Of a stretch of 64,000 nt of DNA, positions 1 to 14,000 are shown piece after piece. This stretch comes from Candidatus Latescibacterota bacterium. GTDB taxonomy: Bacteria > Latescibacterota > UBA2968 > GCA-2709665. The translations under genes were made by a program, and so were the position numbers. The first letter of the stretch is position 1; every line of letters starts with the position of its first letter. The stretch covers positions 320,001-384,000 of the forward strand of contig OZ244744.1 in NCBI GenBank assembly GCA_965219455.1. The letters run 5' to 3'. A model generated the notes under the pieces. That model made no database searches, had not been told where the DNA came from, and saw only the letters and a list, made by a program, of their open reading frames with translations.

Positions 1-620
1 CTTCCCAAAACGACGTTTTCGTGTTCCTGATTTCCCACCTGGCCGACCGTGGCATAACACGTCGCCGGAACGAGGCGTACCTCGCCGGAAGGCATGCGGA
101 GTTGTGCGAACTTGCCTTCTTTTGCCATGATCTGAATTTCGGTTCCGGCCGACCGGCCCAACTGCCCGCCCTTACCGGGCTGCAATTCGACATTGTGAAT
201 ATCGGTTCCCTGCGGGATGTTCTGGAGAGGCAGCGCATTGCCGGGCAGTACGTCCGCGTCCGGACCGGAAACCACTTGAGCGCCAACTTCAAGACCCGTG
301 GGCGCCAGAATATACCGCTTCTCACCGTCCATATAGTGGAGCAACGCAATTCTGGCGGAACGATTCGGATCGTATTCAATCGAGTTAACCCTGGCCGGAA
401 CACCGTGTTTGTTGCGTTTGAAATCGACGACCCGGTAATGTCGACGATGTCCTCCTCCGCGGCGGCGGCTGGTGATGCGGCCCATATTGTTTCGCCCACC
501 GCTCTTCTTGTTTGCCTCAACGAGTGACTTCTCGGGATGAGATCGGGTAATTTCCTCAAACGAGGAGACGGTTTTGTAACGCAGCGAGGGCGTAAGCGGT
601 CGGAACGATTTGACTGGCAT
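1..620 (-). CDS. rplB: 50S ribosomal protein L2, runs off the window start
   Basis: Not in the ORF track. ATG at 620 reads [24 protein letters not shown]...[29 protein letters not shown]...[14 protein letters not shown]; follows rplW. Confidence 0.97.
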   Translation of the reverse strand, partial: MPVKSFRPLTPSLRYKTVSSFEEITRSHPEKSLVEANKKSGGRNNMGRITSRRRGGGHRRHYRVVDFKRNKHGVPARVNSIEYDPNRSARIALLHYMDGEKRYILAPTGLEVGAQVVSGPDADVLPGNALPLQNIPQGTDIHNVELQPGKGGQLGRSAGTEIQIMAKEGKFAQLRMPSGEVRLVPATCYATVGQVGNQEHENVVLG

Positions 621-623
621 CGA

Positions 624-917
624 TCAGGATTCTCCGAAGAAGTCTATGGCGTCACCGTCTGCAAGGGTGATGATCGCCTTTTTCCAGTTTGCCCGGCGGC
701 CCTGAAACCGCCCCATTCTCTTCAGCTTGCCAGAGAAGGACGAGGTATTGACTTTCACCACCCTTACATTGTACATCGTTTCAGCGGCCTTCTTGATTTC
801 CAGCTTGTTGGCATCGACCCGAACTTCAAACACGAATTTGTTGTGAACTTCCTGGAGCTCGGAAGCCCGTTCGGTGATCAGCGGCCTGCGGATAATATCT
901 CTGAAGTCTATTTTCAT
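624..917 (-). CDS. rplW: 50S ribosomal protein L23
   Basis: IIRRPLITERA, ANKLEIKKAAE, WKKAIITL motifs; S10 operon order. Confidence 0.97.
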   Translation of the reverse strand: MKIDFRDIIRRPLITERASELQEVHNKFVFEVRVDANKLEIKKAAETMYNVRVVKVNTSSFSGKLKRMGRFQGRRANWKKAIITLADGDAIDFFGES

Positions 918-1564
918 GCCGCCCCCCAGATGGCCTGCAGCCTTCCCAGGGCTTCCCTGGTGAAGACGACCGCATCAGCGTTGACCACATCGTATGTCGA
1001 GACCTGAGCTACCGGCCGTACCTGGAGGTTGGATAAATTCCGACAGGACTTCAGGACATTCGGCGCCGCCTCCGGCGTGAGCAAGAGAACCTTCCGGTCG
1101 TCGATTTGTATGGCCTGCGTCATCCCCGCCATTCGTTTCGTTTTGGGTTCGTCAAACGTGAAGTCTTCCACCACTTTGATCGCCCCGTCCGGAACCTTCA
1201 ATGAAAACGCCGATTTCAGTGCCAATCGCCGTACCTTCTTGGGCACGCGCTCGCTCAACTCTCGCGGTCTGGGGCCGTGAGCAACCCCGCCCCCGACCCG
1301 AATTGGAGATGATGCGCTGCCGGCTCTCGATCGTCCCGTGCCCTTTTGCCGATACAACTTCCGTTTGCTGCGCCGGACCTCCGCGCGGGTCTTGGAATGG
1401 GCGTTGCCCTGCCGCTGGTTTGTCAGATACATCTTGACTGTATGATAGATGGCAGGGTGGGAAGGTTCAATCCCGAAGATCGCCTCCGGGAGGTCGACGG
1501 ATCCCACGACCTCGCCGTGGAAATTTGTTACCTCAACTGATGCCATAACACTATCGGTTTCCAT
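914..1564 (-). CDS. rplD: 50S ribosomal protein L4
   Basis: RQGNAHSKTRAEV, RQKGTGRSRAGS, GGGVAHGPRPR. Start 1564 overlaps the rplC stop (TAATG); alternative ATG at 1546. Confidence 0.97.
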   Translation of the reverse strand: METDSVMASVEVTNFHGEVVGSVDLPEAIFGIEPSHPAIYHTVKMYLTNQRQGNAHSKTRAEVRRSKRKLYRQKGTGRSRAGSASSPIRVGGGVAHGPRPRELSERVPKKVRRLALKSAFSLKVPDGAIKVVEDFTFDEPKTKRMAGMTQAIQIDDRKVLLLTPEAAPNVLKSCRNLSNLQVRPVAQVSTYDVVNADAVVFTREALGRLQAIWGAA

Positions 1565-2190
1565 TAGTTGCGCTGCTTTTGCACCTTGACGATGCCGCCA
1601 TTTGGGCCGGGCACCGCGCCCTTGAGCAGCAACAGGTTGCGCTCTTTGTCCACCCGGACAACCATCAGCCCCTTCACGGTTTCCCGGCGATGGCCCATAT
1701 GGCCTGCCATCCGCATTCCTTTGAACACACGCGAAGGATCCGAACTCTGACCGATGGATCCTGGCGCCCGATGACGGTCGGACTGCCCGTGTGTTTTCGG
1801 GCCGCCCTTGAAATGGTGCCGTTTGACCACACCCTGAAAGCCCTTGCCTTTGCTCCGCCCGGTTACCGAGACGTATTCGCCGGGCTCAAATATGCAGGTA
1901 TCAAGGATCTGACCGACCTCGTATTCCGACGTGTTGTCCACCCGAAACTCCTTCAGGATGCGATGGGGGCCCGCGCCGGATTTCTTGAGAACGCCGAGTT
2001 GTGGACGGGTGAGCCGCCGTTCGGACGTGGCGCCGAAGCCGAGTTTCAGCGCGAGATATCCATCCGACACATCTTCCTTGACCTGTACAACCGGACATGG
2101 CCCCGCCTGAACCACGGTAATAGGGACCAGGTTGTCGTGCTGGTCGTATGTCTGGGTCATTCCGACTTTTTTTCCTATCAATCCCAACAC
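1564..2190 (-). CDS. rplC: 50S ribosomal protein L3
   Basis: GLIGKKVGMTQ, SKGKGFQGVVKRH, HRAPGSIG, KGAVPGPNGG. Confidence 0.98.
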   Translation of the reverse strand: MLGLIGKKVGMTQTYDQHDNLVPITVVQAGPCPVVQVKEDVSDGYLALKLGFGATSERRLTRPQLGVLKKSGAGPHRILKEFRVDNTSEYEVGQILDTCIFEPGEYVSVTGRSKGKGFQGVVKRHHFKGGPKTHGQSDRHRAPGSIGQSSDPSRVFKGMRMAGHMGHRRETVKGLMVVRVDKERNLLLLKGAVPGPNGGIVKVQKQRN

Positions 2191-2194
2191 GGTA

Positions 2195-2503
2195 CTACGC
2201 CTTTATTTCGATGTCGATCCCCGCCGGCAAATCCAATTTCATCAATGCATCTACCGTCTGCGGCGTCGAGTTGTGAATATCGATTAAACGCTTATGGACC
2301 CGGGTCTCGAACTGCTCCCGGGATTTTTTGTCTATATTGGGGCCTCGCAGCACCGTGTACAACGAACGCTTGGTGGGCAATGGAATGGGGCCGGATATCA
2401 GCGCTCCGGTCCGTTTCGCCGTTCGCACTATCTCGTCGACGGACCGATCCAGGGTAACATGATCGTAAGCCTTTAATCGAATACGAATTTTCTGTGCTGG
2501 CAC
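2195..2503 (-). CDS. rpsJ: 30S ribosomal protein S10
   Basis: [35 protein letters not shown]; GTG start with GGAGG upstream. Confidence 0.98.
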   Translation of the reverse strand: MPAQKIRIRLKAYDHVTLDRSVDEIVRTAKRTGALISGPIPLPTKRSLYTVLRGPNIDKKSREQFETRVHKRLIDIHNSTPQTVDALMKLDLPAGIDIEIKA

Positions 2504-2520
2504 TGGCCCCTCCGTCGGCG

Positions 2521-3717
<1,197 letters not shown>

Positions 3718-3813
3718 GTCACATTCCTCCTGTTACCTATAGACGATGCAAAAATCTCGTTATTGGGCTATCGTAGTTGCCCGCCATGAAGAATGAATTG
3801 GATCTCCCAATCT

Positions 3814-5883
3814 CTAATTGTCGGCGAGTTCCCGTGCGAGCGCTTTCGGTATTTCCTGGAACCTTGAGAATTCCATCGAATAGATAGCGCGCCCCTGAGT
3901 CAAGGACCGCAGACGCGTGGCATAACCGAACATCTCGGTCAGGGGGACCATTGCCGTAATCACCTGGGCATCCGGCCTGATCACAATGCCCACAATTTGT
4001 CCGCGCCGGGCGTTCAGGTCGCCCATCACATCGCCCAGATAATCTTCGGGAACGACCACTTCAACGTCCATCATGGGCTCCATCAGATACGGGTCCGCTT
4101 TTCGGGCGCCGTCTTTAAAAGCCATGGAAGCGGCCACTTTGAACGCCAGTTCCGACGAATCGACATCGTGGTACGATCCGTCGTAGAGTACGATCTTCAC
4201 ATCTTCCATCGGATATCCGGCCAATACGCCCGACTGCATAGCCTCCTGAACACCCTGTCGGACCGCAGGGATATAATCGGACGGTACGGATCCGCCCACG
4301 ATCTTATTCTCGAAAACGAGGCCGCTTCCCGGATCTCCCGGACCCATCTCCAGCCAGACGTGCCCCCACTGCCCCCGGCCGCCGGTCTGCCGGATGAATC
4401 GTCCCTCTACCTTGACGGTCTTGCGAATCGCCTCCTTGAAGGTCACCTGTGGCTTGCCCACATTGGCTGCCACGCGAAATTCCCTCATCAGGCGGTCGAC
4501 AATGATCTCAAGATGCAATTCACCCATTCCTGATATAATCGTCTGTCCGGTATCTTCGTCGCCGGACACGTGGAACGTGGGATCCTCGTCGGATAATTTC
4601 CTGAGCGCGGTACCCAGTTGATCCTGGTCCGCTTTGGTTCTGGGCTCGATGGCCACGGACACGACCGGTTTCGCAAAGTCCATTGACTCCAGAATAACCG
4701 GATGGTCGGGATCGCAAAGCGTCTCCCCCGTTGCCGTCGCTTTCAGCCCCACGGCGGCCGCGATTTCTCCGGTTACGACCTCGTCGATTTCTTGTCGCTT
4801 GTTAGCGTGCATCTGTAGAACCCGGCCGATTCGCTCTCGTTTCCCTTTGTTGGAATTCTTCACGTACGAACCGGTCTTGAGACAACCGGAATAAACCCTG
4901 AAGTAGGTCAGGTGCCCCACATAAGGATCGGTTGTCACTTTGAATGCAAGCGCGGAGAACGGTTCGTCGTGGGAGGGCGCGCGGGCTACGTTCGCCCCCG
5001 AGTCAGGATGGGTGCCGTTAACCGCCGGGACGTCCAATGGCGACGGCAGGTAGTCCTTAACGCCGTCAAGCAGGCGCTGAACGCCTTTGTTCTTAAAGGC
5101 CGATCCGCAGAAGACGGGCACGGCACGAACGTTGATGGTTGCCAGTCGAAGCGCCTGTTTGATTTCTTCTTCGGCAATATGCTCGCCTTCGAGAAATTTC
5201 TCCATCAGCGTATCGTCAAAATCAGAGACCGCCTCCAGCATCTGCTCGCGGTAGGTTTCTGCATGGTCCAACAGATCGTGTGGAATTTCGCTTTCGCTAA
5301 AAACCGTACCAAGTGTGTCTTTCTGATAGGACACCATTTTCATCTTCACCAGATCGATCAAACCATTGAACAACTCGCCTGCGCCTACGGGAATCTGCAC
5401 CGGCACAAAATTCGAAGCCAGGCGTTCCCTCATCATTTCAAGTACTCGGAAAAAATCGGCGCCCGTACGGTCCATTTTGTTAACGAACGCAATCCGTGGC
5501 ACACTGTACTTGTCGGCCTGGCGCCAGACCGTTTCCGACTGGGGCTCCACACCGCCGACGGCGCAGAAGATCCCGATCACTCCGTCCAAAACCCTGAGTG
5601 ACCGCTCGACTTCGGCCGTAAAATCCACGTGTCCGGGCGTATCGATAATATTGATCCGGTGTCCGTCCCAGAAACAGGTGGTGGCGGCAGATGTAATGGT
5701 AATGCCCCGCTCCCGTTCCTGGTCCATCCAGTCCATTGTAGCCGCCCCATCGTGCACCTCGCCCATTCGATGCAGCCGACCCGTATAATACAGAATCCGT
5801 TCGCTCGTTGTGGTTTTACCCGCATCGATATGGGCCATAATGCCGATGTTTCGGATCCGTTCCAGTTGTTCTCTACGTGACAT
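3814..5883 (-). CDS. fusA: Elongation factor G
   Basis: [43 protein letters not shown]. Confidence 0.99.
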   Translation of the reverse strand: MSRREQLERIRNIGIMAHIDAGKTTTSERILYYTGRLHRMGEVHDGAATMDWMDQERERGITITSAATTCFWDGHRINIIDTPGHVDFTAEVERSLRVLDGVIGIFCAVGGVEPQSETVWRQADKYSVPRIAFVNKMDRTGADFFRVLEMMRERLASNFVPVQIPVGAGELFNGLIDLVKMKMVSYQKDTLGTVFSESEIPHDLLDHAETYREQMLEAVSDFDDTLMEKFLEGEHIAEEEIKQALRLATINVRAVPVFCGSAFKNKGVQRLLDGVKDYLPSPLDVPAVNGTHPDSGANVARAPSHDEPFSALAFKVTTDPYVGHLTYFRVYSGCLKTGSYVKNSNKGKRERIGRVLQMHANKRQEIDEVVTGEIAAAVGLKATATGETLCDPDHPVILESMDFAKPVVSVAIEPRTKADQDQLGTALRKLSDEDPTFHVSGDEDTGQTIISGMGELHLEIIVDRLMREFRVAANVGKPQVTFKEAIRKTVKVEGRFIRQTGGRGQWGHVWLEMGPGDPGSGLVFENKIVGGSVPSDYIPAVRQGVQEAMQSGVLAGYPMEDVKIVLYDGSYHDVDSSELAFKVAASMAFKDGARKADPYLMEPMMDVEVVVPEDYLGDVMGDLNARRGQIVGIVIRPDAQVITAMVPLTEMFGYATRLRSLTQGRAIYSMEFSRFQEIPKALARELADN

Positions 5884-5888
5884 TTACG

Positions 5889-6356
5889 CTACCACCGATA
5901 GTGTGCGAACGCCCGATTGGCCTCGGCCATGCGGTGTGTTTCTTCTCTTCGTTGCATAGCCCGACCCCGGCCGTTGGCTGCGTCCATTAATTCAGCCGAG
6001 AGCCTCTGTGACATGGTTTTCTCACCGCGCCCGCGCGAGAACGTAATCAACCATCCGATCGAAAGCGAAAGGCGCTCATCTGACCGTACTTCGACCGGCA
6101 CCTGGTAGGTCGTTCCGCCCACCCGCCGGGATTTCACCTGAATTATCGGCTTGGCACTTTCGACAGCCTGTTCGAATACTTCCAGCCCTGTTTTGTCCGT
6201 CCGGTCGGCGATCAGGTCCAACGCACGGTACAGAATTTTCTCGCCGATGCTCTTCTTGCCCTTCCGGAACAGACTGTTGACAAACTGCGTCACCAGAACG
6301 CTGCCGTATTTGGGATCGGGTGAAAAATCTCGTTTCTCGGCCCGTCTTTTTCTCAT
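5889..6356 (-). CDS. rpsG: 30S ribosomal protein S7
   Basis: [39 protein letters not shown]; ATG at 6356 preceded by GAGG. Confidence 0.98.
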   Translation of the reverse strand: MRKRRAEKRDFSPDPKYGSVLVTQFVNSLFRKGKKSIGEKILYRALDLIADRTDKTGLEVFEQAVESAKPIIQVKSRRVGGTTYQVPVEVRSDERLSLSIGWLITFSRGRGEKTMSQRLSAELMDAANGRGRAMQRREETHRMAEANRAFAHYRW

Positions 6357-6439
6357 AACATCCTCAAAACAAGGGGGACACACCGTCCCTACTCAAGCGT
6401 TATCCCCCGAAACAAACCCTTACATAAAATTCGGAAGTC

Positions 6440-6811
6440 CTATTGAGGCGTCTTGGCGCCGTACTTGGACCGGCCCTGTTTTCGGTCGGCGACGCCGATC
6501 GTGTCCAGGACGCCGCGGATAATGTGGTACCGAACCGAAGGCAGGTCCCGTACCCGACCACCCCGTATGAGCACAACGGAGTGTTCCTGAAGATTGTGAC
6601 CTTCGCCAGGGATATATGCTGTGACCTCCATCCCGTTCGTGAGGCGGACGCGGGCCACCTTTCGCAGGGCGGAGTTCGGTTTCTTGGGGGTCGTGGTATA
6701 GACACGCGTGCAGACGCCCCGCTTTTGCGGGCATCCCCGCAAAGCGGGGGCGGGCGAACGCTTTGCCTTTTGCTTGCGCCCTTTGCGCACCAGCTGATTG
6801 ATGGTGGGCAA
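6440..6811 (-). CDS. rpsL: 30S ribosomal protein S12
   Basis: TTG start with GGAGG upstream; [36 protein letters not shown]. Confidence 0.99.
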   Translation of the reverse strand: MPTINQLVRKGRKQKAKRSPAPALRGCPQKRGVCTRVYTTTPKKPNSALRKVARVRLTNGMEVTAYIPGEGHNLQEHSVVLIRGGRVRDLPSVRYHIIRGVLDTIGVADRKQGRSKYGAKTPQ

Positions 6812-6908
6812 AACAACCTCCTGTACGGTTCACAACCAGAACAACGCGGCCGAATCCATCCGGACGGCCGATTTAGCCTTGTCCGGTTAAATTTGACCAT
6901 AGACTTCC

Positions 6909-6937
6909 ATTATACCAATTTGAAGTCTGCTTGTCAA
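6909..6937 (-). promoter_or_regulatory. Sigma70-type promoter of the rpsL (str/S10) operon
   Basis: Perfect TTGACA(6937-6932)-17 bp-TATAAT(6914-6909); the -35 contains the rpoC TGA stop. Confidence 0.85.
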
Positions 6938-9900
6938 GCATTTATCGGCGGAAGACCGACGTTTTCGATCCCCTCGGCGGTAACCTCCTCGACATCCTTC
7001 TCCAGAGATACCGCCCGAACCGCGCGATACTGTTCCGCACCCGTTCCGGCCGGAATCAGGTGCCCGATAATTACGTTTTCCTTCAATCCCAGCAGGCCGT
7101 CCATCTTGCCCTGAACGGAGGCCTCTGTCAATACGCGCGTGGTCTCCTGGAACGATGCGGCGGAAATAAAGCTGTCGGTCATTAGAGAGGCTCGTGTAAT
7201 GCCCAACAAGACCGGCTGGAAGGTAGCCGGATCGCCGCCTTCGGCAATCACCTTTTCGTTCTCGTCCCGGAATCGGAAGCGATCTACCGTTTCTCCTTCC
7301 AGGAAATTGGTGTCGCCCGGATCCGTAACCTGGACCTTCTGCAGCATCTGGCGCACGATACACTCGATATGCTTGTCGTTTATCCGGACACCCTGCATGC
7401 GATAGACGGCCTGGATCTCGTTCACCAGGTATTCCTGCACCGCCTGGATGCCCTGGATCTGTAGAATATCGTGCGGATTCACCGAGCCTTCCGACAACTG
7501 TTCGCCAGCCTGGACCCGGTCGTTCTCCTGAACCCGGAGATGTTTTCCATATGGAATCGTATATTTCCGTTCCTCGCCGTCGTCAGACGTGACAATCACG
7601 GTCCTGGAACCCCGTACAAGTCCGCCGAAACTGACCGTACCGTCGATCTCGGAGACCACGGCGGGATCCTTGGGACGCCGCGCCTCGAAGAGTTCGGCGA
7701 CGCGGGGCAATCCGCCCGTGATGTCTCTTGTTTTGCTGCGCTCGCGCGGGATCTTCGCCAGGGTATCTCCTGCGCCGATCTCATTCGCATGGTGTACCAC
7801 GAGGCGAGCACCCACGGGGATAATGTAATGACCGACTTCATTGCCTGCGTCGTCGACGATTCGAATCCGCGGAGACAGCGTACGGTCACGGTGTTCGGAG
7901 ACCACCTGGGCCGCCAGACCGGTTGTCTCGTCGGCCTCTTCACGGTATGTTACCCCTTCGACGAGGTCGACAAACTCGACCGTACCCGGCCGGTTGGAGA
8001 CGATAATATTGTTATAGGGATCCCATTCGTACAGGACCTGATTTTCGTCCACCGGCTGCTCGTCCTCTACTTTCAACACGGCACCGAAGGGCACGTAATA
8101 GTGACCACCGCGAGGACGACCCTGGTCGTCCTGTACCTCGAACTCTCCGTTCCTGCCCACCGCAATGCGCTGTCCATCGCTCCGGGTTACGGAATCCATA
8201 TTGATGAACCGAACGACGCCGGGCCGTTTGGCGACGATTTCCGCCTGCTCCGCGATCCGGCTGGACGTGCCGCCGATATGGAACGTCCGCAACGTGAGCT
8301 GGGTGCCCGGCTCGCCGACACTCTGGGCGGCAATCACCCCGACGGCCTCGCCGATATCAACGAGCCTTCCGGTGGCGAGGTTTCGACCATAACACTTGGC
8401 GCAGATGCCCCGGCGGGCTTCGCAGGTCAATACCGAACGCACGTTCACCCGTTCCACGCCGGCATCGGCGATTCCGGCAGCAGAGGCCTCGCCGAGGAGC
8501 ATACCGCTCTCCACAATGACCTCGCCTTCGATCGGATCGTAGACATCTTCCAACAGGGTTCGGCCCACGATACGATCCGCCAGGGGCTCGACCACCTCCT
8601 CGCCCTCTTTAAGCGCTTCGAGTTCAATGCCCATTATGGTGCCGCAATCCCCTTCGCCTATCACGCCGTCCTGTGCCACATCCACCATACGACGAGTGAG
8701 ATAGCCCGCCTCGGCGGTCTTGAGTGCCGTGTCGGCCAACCCCTTTCTTGCGCCGTGCGTGGATATGAAGTACTCCAGCACCGAGAGACCCTCTTTAAAC
8801 GAGGCAACGATGGGCGTTTCGATAATCTCCCCGATCGCTCCAGTCAGCTTCTTCTGAGGTTTGTTCATCAATCCCCGCATACCACCCAACTGTTTCACCT
8901 GATCGTCGCTGCCACGAGCGCCGGAGTCTTTCATAATGTATATCGAATTGAAACCGTCCTCGGAATGCTCCAGAGCCTCGTTCATCATTTCGGCGATGTT
9001 GTTCGTGGTATGCTGCCAAACGTCGATGACTTTGTTGTACCGCTCGCCTTCGGTGATGACGCCGTGGACGTACTGTTGGTGAATTCGATCGACCTCGCCC
9101 TTGGCTATGTCGATGAATTCCTGCTTCTTGGGCGGAACCACGACGTCGTCCATCGAAACAGTCACACCGGATTGGGTCGCATAGTCATATCCCAGTCGCT
9201 TCAGGCCGTCGGCAAATTCAACCGTTGCCCGATTTCCAAATCGCCGATGGACGTCGGTGGTTACTTTCTGGATCACGGGCTTGTCCACCATCTGATTGAT
9301 ATAGGGCATTCCGTCGGGCAAAATCTCATTGAAAATCACCTGTCCTACGGTGGTCGTCAGCAGCTTGCCGTCGACACGCACGAGAATGGCTTCGTGGAGG
9401 TCGATTTTTCCGTAATCGTGTGCGATCAGCGCTTCGTTCGGGCTGCCGAACGCCTTGACTTGCTTATTGTCGGGATGCTGGACCATTTTGGTGAGGTAAT
9501 AACAGCCCATGGCGATGTCCTGCGGGTTGTGCACGATCACTGCAGATCCGTCTGCGGGCTTGAGCATATTGTTCGCAGACATGACCAGGATGCGGGCTTC
9601 AATTTGCGCCTCGAAAGACAGAGGCACGTGGACTGCCATCTGGTCGCCGTCGAAGTCCGCGTTAAACGCCGCGCACACCAGCGGATGGATACGAATCGCC
9701 TTCCCTTCCACAAGCACGGGCTGGAACGCCTGGATGCCCAGCCGGTGGAGCGTTGGCGCACGGTTCAGCAGGACGTAGTGATCCTGGATGATGTCTTCGA
9801 GAATATCCCACACCTCGACCCGTTCTCGCTCGACCAGCTTTTTTGCGCTTTTCACGGTCTGGACCAATCCGCGCTCTTCCAGTTTTTTGATGATAAACGG

Positions 9901-11022
9901 CTTGAATAGTTCAAGCGCCATGTGCTTCGGAAGCCCACATTGATGCAGCTTGAGGTTGGGGTCGACTACGATTACCGACCGGCCGGAATAGTCGACCCGC
10001 TTGCCGAGCAGATTCTGGCGGAAGCGGCCCTGCTTTCCCTTCAGTAGATCCGAGAGTGACTTCAACGACCGGTTGCCGTCGCCACGCACCGCTCGAGATC
10101 TGCGGCCATTGTCGAACAGCGCGTCGACGGCCTCCTGAAGCATGCGTTTCTCGTTACGCAGAATCACCTCAGGTGCTTTGATTTCGATGAGCTTCTTCAG
10201 CCTGTTGTTCCGGTTGATGACCCTCCGGTACAGATCGTTCAAGTCTGACGTGGCGAACCTTCCGCCCTCCAGAGGGACCAGCGGCCGGAGGTCCGGTGGA
10301 ATAACGGGAATGACGTCCAGAATCATCCATGACGGATGGTTGTCGGACTGGCGAAATGCCTCGACCACCTTCAGCCGTTTCAACGCCTCCTGTTTGCGCT
10401 GAACGGAGGTTTCCATGCGCGCCTGGGTGCGCAACTCCGCGGAAAGTTCCTCAATGTCTATTTCACTGAGCAGCTTTTTGAGTGCGACCGCGCCCATATC
10501 CGCATGAAAGTTGTACCCCTTCGCCTCGAGTTCAAACGCTTCATCTTCGGAGAGAAGATCCTTATACTTCAGATCGGGCGCGTCGCCTGGATCCAATACA
10601 ACGTATGACTCGTAATAGATGATCCGTTCCAGATTGCGAATCGTAATATCCAGCAGATAACCCATGCGGGAAGGCAGCGACTTGAAGAACCAGATATGCG
10701 TAACCGGCACCGCAAGTTCGATATGGCCCAACCGCTCACGGCGCACCTTGGACTGGGTCACTTCCACGCCGCACCGGTCACAGACCACGCCCCGGTAGCG
10801 AATCCTCTTATACTTGCCGCAGCTGCATTCCCAATCCTTAACCGGACCGAAGATGCGTTCGCAGAACAGACCGTCACGCTCCGGCTTGAACGAGCGGTAA
10901 TTGATGGTTTCCGGCTTGGTCACCTCACCGCGGGACCAGCCCCGGATCGTTTCCGGAGAAGCGAGCTGAATACGGATCGAGTTGAACTCTGTGGGCCGCT
11001 TGGAAGTGTTGATGTCCGCCAC
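6934..11022 (-). CDS. rpoC: RNA polymerase beta' subunit
   Basis: KPETINYR, N-terminal Zn-finger cysteines, catalytic [22 protein letters not shown]. Confidence 0.99.
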   Translation of the reverse strand: MADINTSKRPTEFNSIRIQLASPETIRGWSRGEVTKPETINYRSFKPERDGLFCERIFGPVKDWECSCGKYKRIRYRGVVCDRCGVEVTQSKVRRERLGHIELAVPVTHIWFFKSLPSRMGYLLDITIRNLERIIYYESYVVLDPGDAPDLKYKDLLSEDEAFELEAKGYNFHADMGAVALKKLLSEIDIEELSAELRTQARMETSVQRKQEALKRLKVVEAFRQSDNHPSWMILDVIPVIPPDLRPLVPLEGGRFATSDLNDLYRRVINRNNRLKKLIEIKAPEVILRNEKRMLQEAVDALFDNGRRSRAVRGDGNRSLKSLSDLLKGKQGRFRQNLLGKRVDYSGRSVIVVDPNLKLHQCGLPKHMALELFKPFIIKKLEERGLVQTVKSAKKLVERERVEVWDILEDIIQDHYVLLNRAPTLHRLGIQAFQPVLVEGKAIRIHPLVCAAFNADFDGDQMAVHVPLSFEAQIEARILVMSANNMLKPADGSAVIVHNPQDIAMGCYYLTKMVQHPDNKQVKAFGSPNEALIAHDYGKIDLHEAILVRVDGKLLTTTVGQVIFNEILPDGMPYINQMVDKPVIQKVTTDVHRRFGNRATVEFADGLKRLGYDYATQSGVTVSMDDVVVPPKKQEFIDIAKGEVDRIHQQYVHGVITEGERYNKVIDVWQHTTNNIAEMMNEALEHSEDGFNSIYIMKDSGARGSDDQVKQLGGMRGLMNKPQKKLTGAIGEIIETPIVASFKEGLSVLEYFISTHGARKGLADTALKTAEAGYLTRRMVDVAQDGVIGEGDCGTIMGIELEALKEGEEVVEPLADRIVGRTLLEDVYDPIEGEVIVESGMLLGEASAAGIADAGVERVNVRSVLTCEARRGICAKCYGRNLATGRLVDIGEAVGVIAAQSVGEPGTQLTLRTFHIGGTSSRIAEQAEIVAKRPGVVRFINMDSVTRSDGQRIAVGRNGEFEVQDDQGRPRGGHYYVPFGAVLKVEDEQPVDENQVLYEWDPYNNIIVSNRPGTVEFVDLVEGVTYREEADETTGLAAQVVSEHRDRTLSPRIRIVDDAGNEVGHYIIPVGARLVVHHANEIGAGDTLAKIPRERSKTRDITGGLPRVAELFEARRPKDPAVVSEIDGTVSFGGLVRGSRTVIVTSDDGEERKYTIPYGKHLRVQENDRVQAGEQLSEGSVNPHDILQIQGIQAVQEYLVNEIQAVYRMQGVRINDKHIECIVRQMLQKVQVTDPGDTNFLEGETVDRFRFRDENEKVIAEGGDPATFQPVLLGITRASLMTDSFISAASFQETTRVLTEASVQGKMDGLLGLKENVIIGHLIPAGTGAEQYRAVRAVSLEKDVEEVTAEGIENVGLPPINA

Positions 11023-11083
11023 GGGCCTTACCCCCTTTTTGCGATCGAAATCCGAATAAAATAGATGACCCCACTACCAGATC

Positions 11084-14000
11084 TTACCCGCCCTGACCAT
11101 TCTCCAGGATCACGTCCAGACAGAGGCTCTGCAATTCCTTCACCAGCACGTTAAAGGATTCAGGAACCCCCGGTTCAGGTGGATTCTCACCCTTTACGAT
11201 CGCTTCGTAGATCTTTGAACGTCCTGCTACGTCATCGGACTTGACGGTCAGCATCTCCTGTAGCATATAGGCGGCACCGTAGGCCTCCAGCGCCCAAACC
11301 TCCATTTCGCCAAATCTCTGGCCGCCGAATTGTGCCTTGCCGCCAAGGGGCTGCTGCGTAACCAGCGAATAGGGTCCGATGGATCGGGCATGGATCTTAT
11401 CGCTGACCAGATGCGACAGCTTCAACATGTAGATGTACCCCACCATCACGTGTTTGTCGAACGGTCTTCCGGTTTTTCCGTCGTACAGCACGCTTTTGCC
11501 GGCTTCCGGCAGGCTTGCCTGGCGCAACGCCGACTTGATGTCCACCAACGTGGCGCCGTCGAAGACCGGCGTGGCGACATGAAGATCGAGCGCCTGCGCC
11601 GCCCATCCGAGGTGGGTTTCAAGAATCTGCCCCAGATTCATTCGGGAGGGCACACCCAGCGGGTTCAGGATAATATCGATCGGGGTGCCGTCGGGAAGAT
11701 ACGGCAGATCCTCTTCCGGTACGATTATTGAAACGACGCCTTTGTTGCCGTGGCGTCCGGCCATCTTGTCGCCGACCATCAGCTTGCGCTTTCGCGCGAT
11801 ATACACTTTGACAAGCTGTACAATTCCCGGCGGCAGTTCGTCGCCCCGCGCGATTTTTTCCAGTTCTCGCTCCAATTCGCCTTCCGCGGCGCGGATCAGT
11901 TTCTCTGACAGTTCGATGATGCGTTCGACCTTGTGGTTGGTCCCGGCATCGTCGACCCAGGATTCGTCCGGCCGCACGACATCGAGGTCGAGCTCTACAG
12001 CCAGATTCTGATCGAATACCCTTCCTGGCCGTGCCACTACCGAACTATCTTCGGTATGCCGCAACAGATTTACCTTTTTGTCCCGCAGCAGTTCCGCAAC
12101 CTGTTCGTCCCGGCTGGACTTTATCGCTTTGATTTTCTCCTGGATCTGATTCTTGACAGAGGCTGTTTTCTCTTTATCTGCCGTTCGTGTTTTTTCCCTG
12201 TCTTTTCGTGAAAAAACCTTCCGGTCCATGACAACCCCGTCCATTCCGGACGGCGCCTTCAAAGAAGCATCTCTGACGTCTCCCGCTTTCTCGCCGAAAA
12301 TCGCCCGCAGGAGGCGCTCTTCGGGCGAGAGTTCGGTTTCTCCTTTGGGCGTCACTTTACCCACGAGAATATCTCCGGACGTCACCTCCGCGCCAGCCCG
12401 AACGATGCCCTGTTCATCCAGGTTGCGAACCGCCTGTTCGCTGACATTCGGAATTTCCCGGGTTATCTCCTCCACCCCTCGCTTGGTGTCCCGCACCTGG
12501 AGCTCGAATTCCTCTATGGAGATCGACGTGAAGATATCTTTCTTCAACAGCCGCTCAGACACAATGATCGCATCTTCGAAATTGTACCCGTTCCACGACA
12601 TGAACGCACAGAGAACGTTGGCTCCAAGCGCAAGGTCCCCGCGGTCCGTGGCGCAACCATCGGCCAACAGGTCTCCGGCTTCAACCTTATCGCCGACCTG
12701 CACGAGCGGCTTCTGGCTGATGCAGAAATCCTGGTTCGACCGTTTGAATTTGGTGAGCCGGTAGACATCCTCGTCGAACAGATCGATCATCTCGACGTCG
12801 CGGCCCTTGCGCCGTTTGATCACAATCTTGTCCGCGCTTACGTAGGTGACCGTCCCTGGGCTCCTCGCCGTTACGACCGCCTTGGAATCCACGGCGACCG
12901 CATGTTCCATTCCGGTTCCCACGAACGGCGCCTCCGTCCGGAGAAGCGGCACGGCCTGCCGTTGCATATTCGAGCCCATCAGCGCGCGGTTGGCATCGTC
13001 GTGCTCCAGAAACGGAATCAGGGACGCCGCCGTACTGACCAGCTGACAGGGAGAAACATCCATATAATCCACTTCCGAAGGCGCCACAACCGGAAAGTCG
13101 CCTCGCCGCCGGGCCTGGACCTCGGAATCCTGGAATAGCCCGTCGGCGTCGAGGATTGCATTGGCCTGGGCGATGGTGTGTTTGTCTTCCTCGTCCGCGG
13201 AAAGATACCGGATCTCGGAAGTAACCCTTCCTTCTTTCACAACTCTGTAGGGTGTTTCCAGAAATCCAAGAGCGTTTATCTTGGCGTAGGTGGAAATATT
13301 GGCGATGAGGCCAATATTGGGACCTTCCGGCGTCTCGATGGGACAAATTCGCCCGTAGTGGGTATGGTGAACGTCGCGCACCTCAAATCCGGCCCTGTCG
13401 CGTGTCAAACCGCCGGGGCCCAGAGCCGACAGACGTCGCTTATGGGACAGTTCGTCCAGCGGGTTGGTCTGCTGCAGGAACTGGGAAAGTTGGCTGCTGC
13501 CGAAGAAGGCCTGAACCACCGTTGATACCGTCCGGGCATTGACCAGGTCCTGTGGCGTAATCTGCTCCGTATCCCTGAGGCTCATCCGCTCTCTGATCGT
13601 CCGGGCCATTCGGACCAGACCGGTGGAAAAGTGATAGGACAGGAGTTCGCCCACGGTACGGATGCGTCTATTGCCCAGATGGTCGATGTCGTCCGTATAG
13701 CCTTCGCCTTTGAAGAGGACCAGCAGATATTGGATGACCTTGTTAAAATCCTCGATGCACAGGGTGGTAAATTCCAGGGGAATGTTGAGATTCAAGCGCT
13801 GATTCAAGCGGTAACGTCCGACCTCGCCCAACTGATAACGCTTGGGACTGAAAAACTGGCGCTCGAGAAGGCCGCGGGCCGTCTCAAGATTTGGCGGATC
13901 ACCGGGGCGCAGCAGATTGTAGATTCGCGAGAGCGCCTCTTCTTCGTTGTCGCAAGGATCTTTCAGAAGGGTATTGGCGATCACCCCGCCATCGTTCTCG

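Noticed and set aside
7471-9909. 812-aa plus-strand ORF, and similar long ORFs at 26518-28299, 43141-44409 and 44286-45644
   Set aside because: Antisense shadows of rpoC, batB/C and ABC genes; expected from GC-rich codon bias and show no protein motifs.
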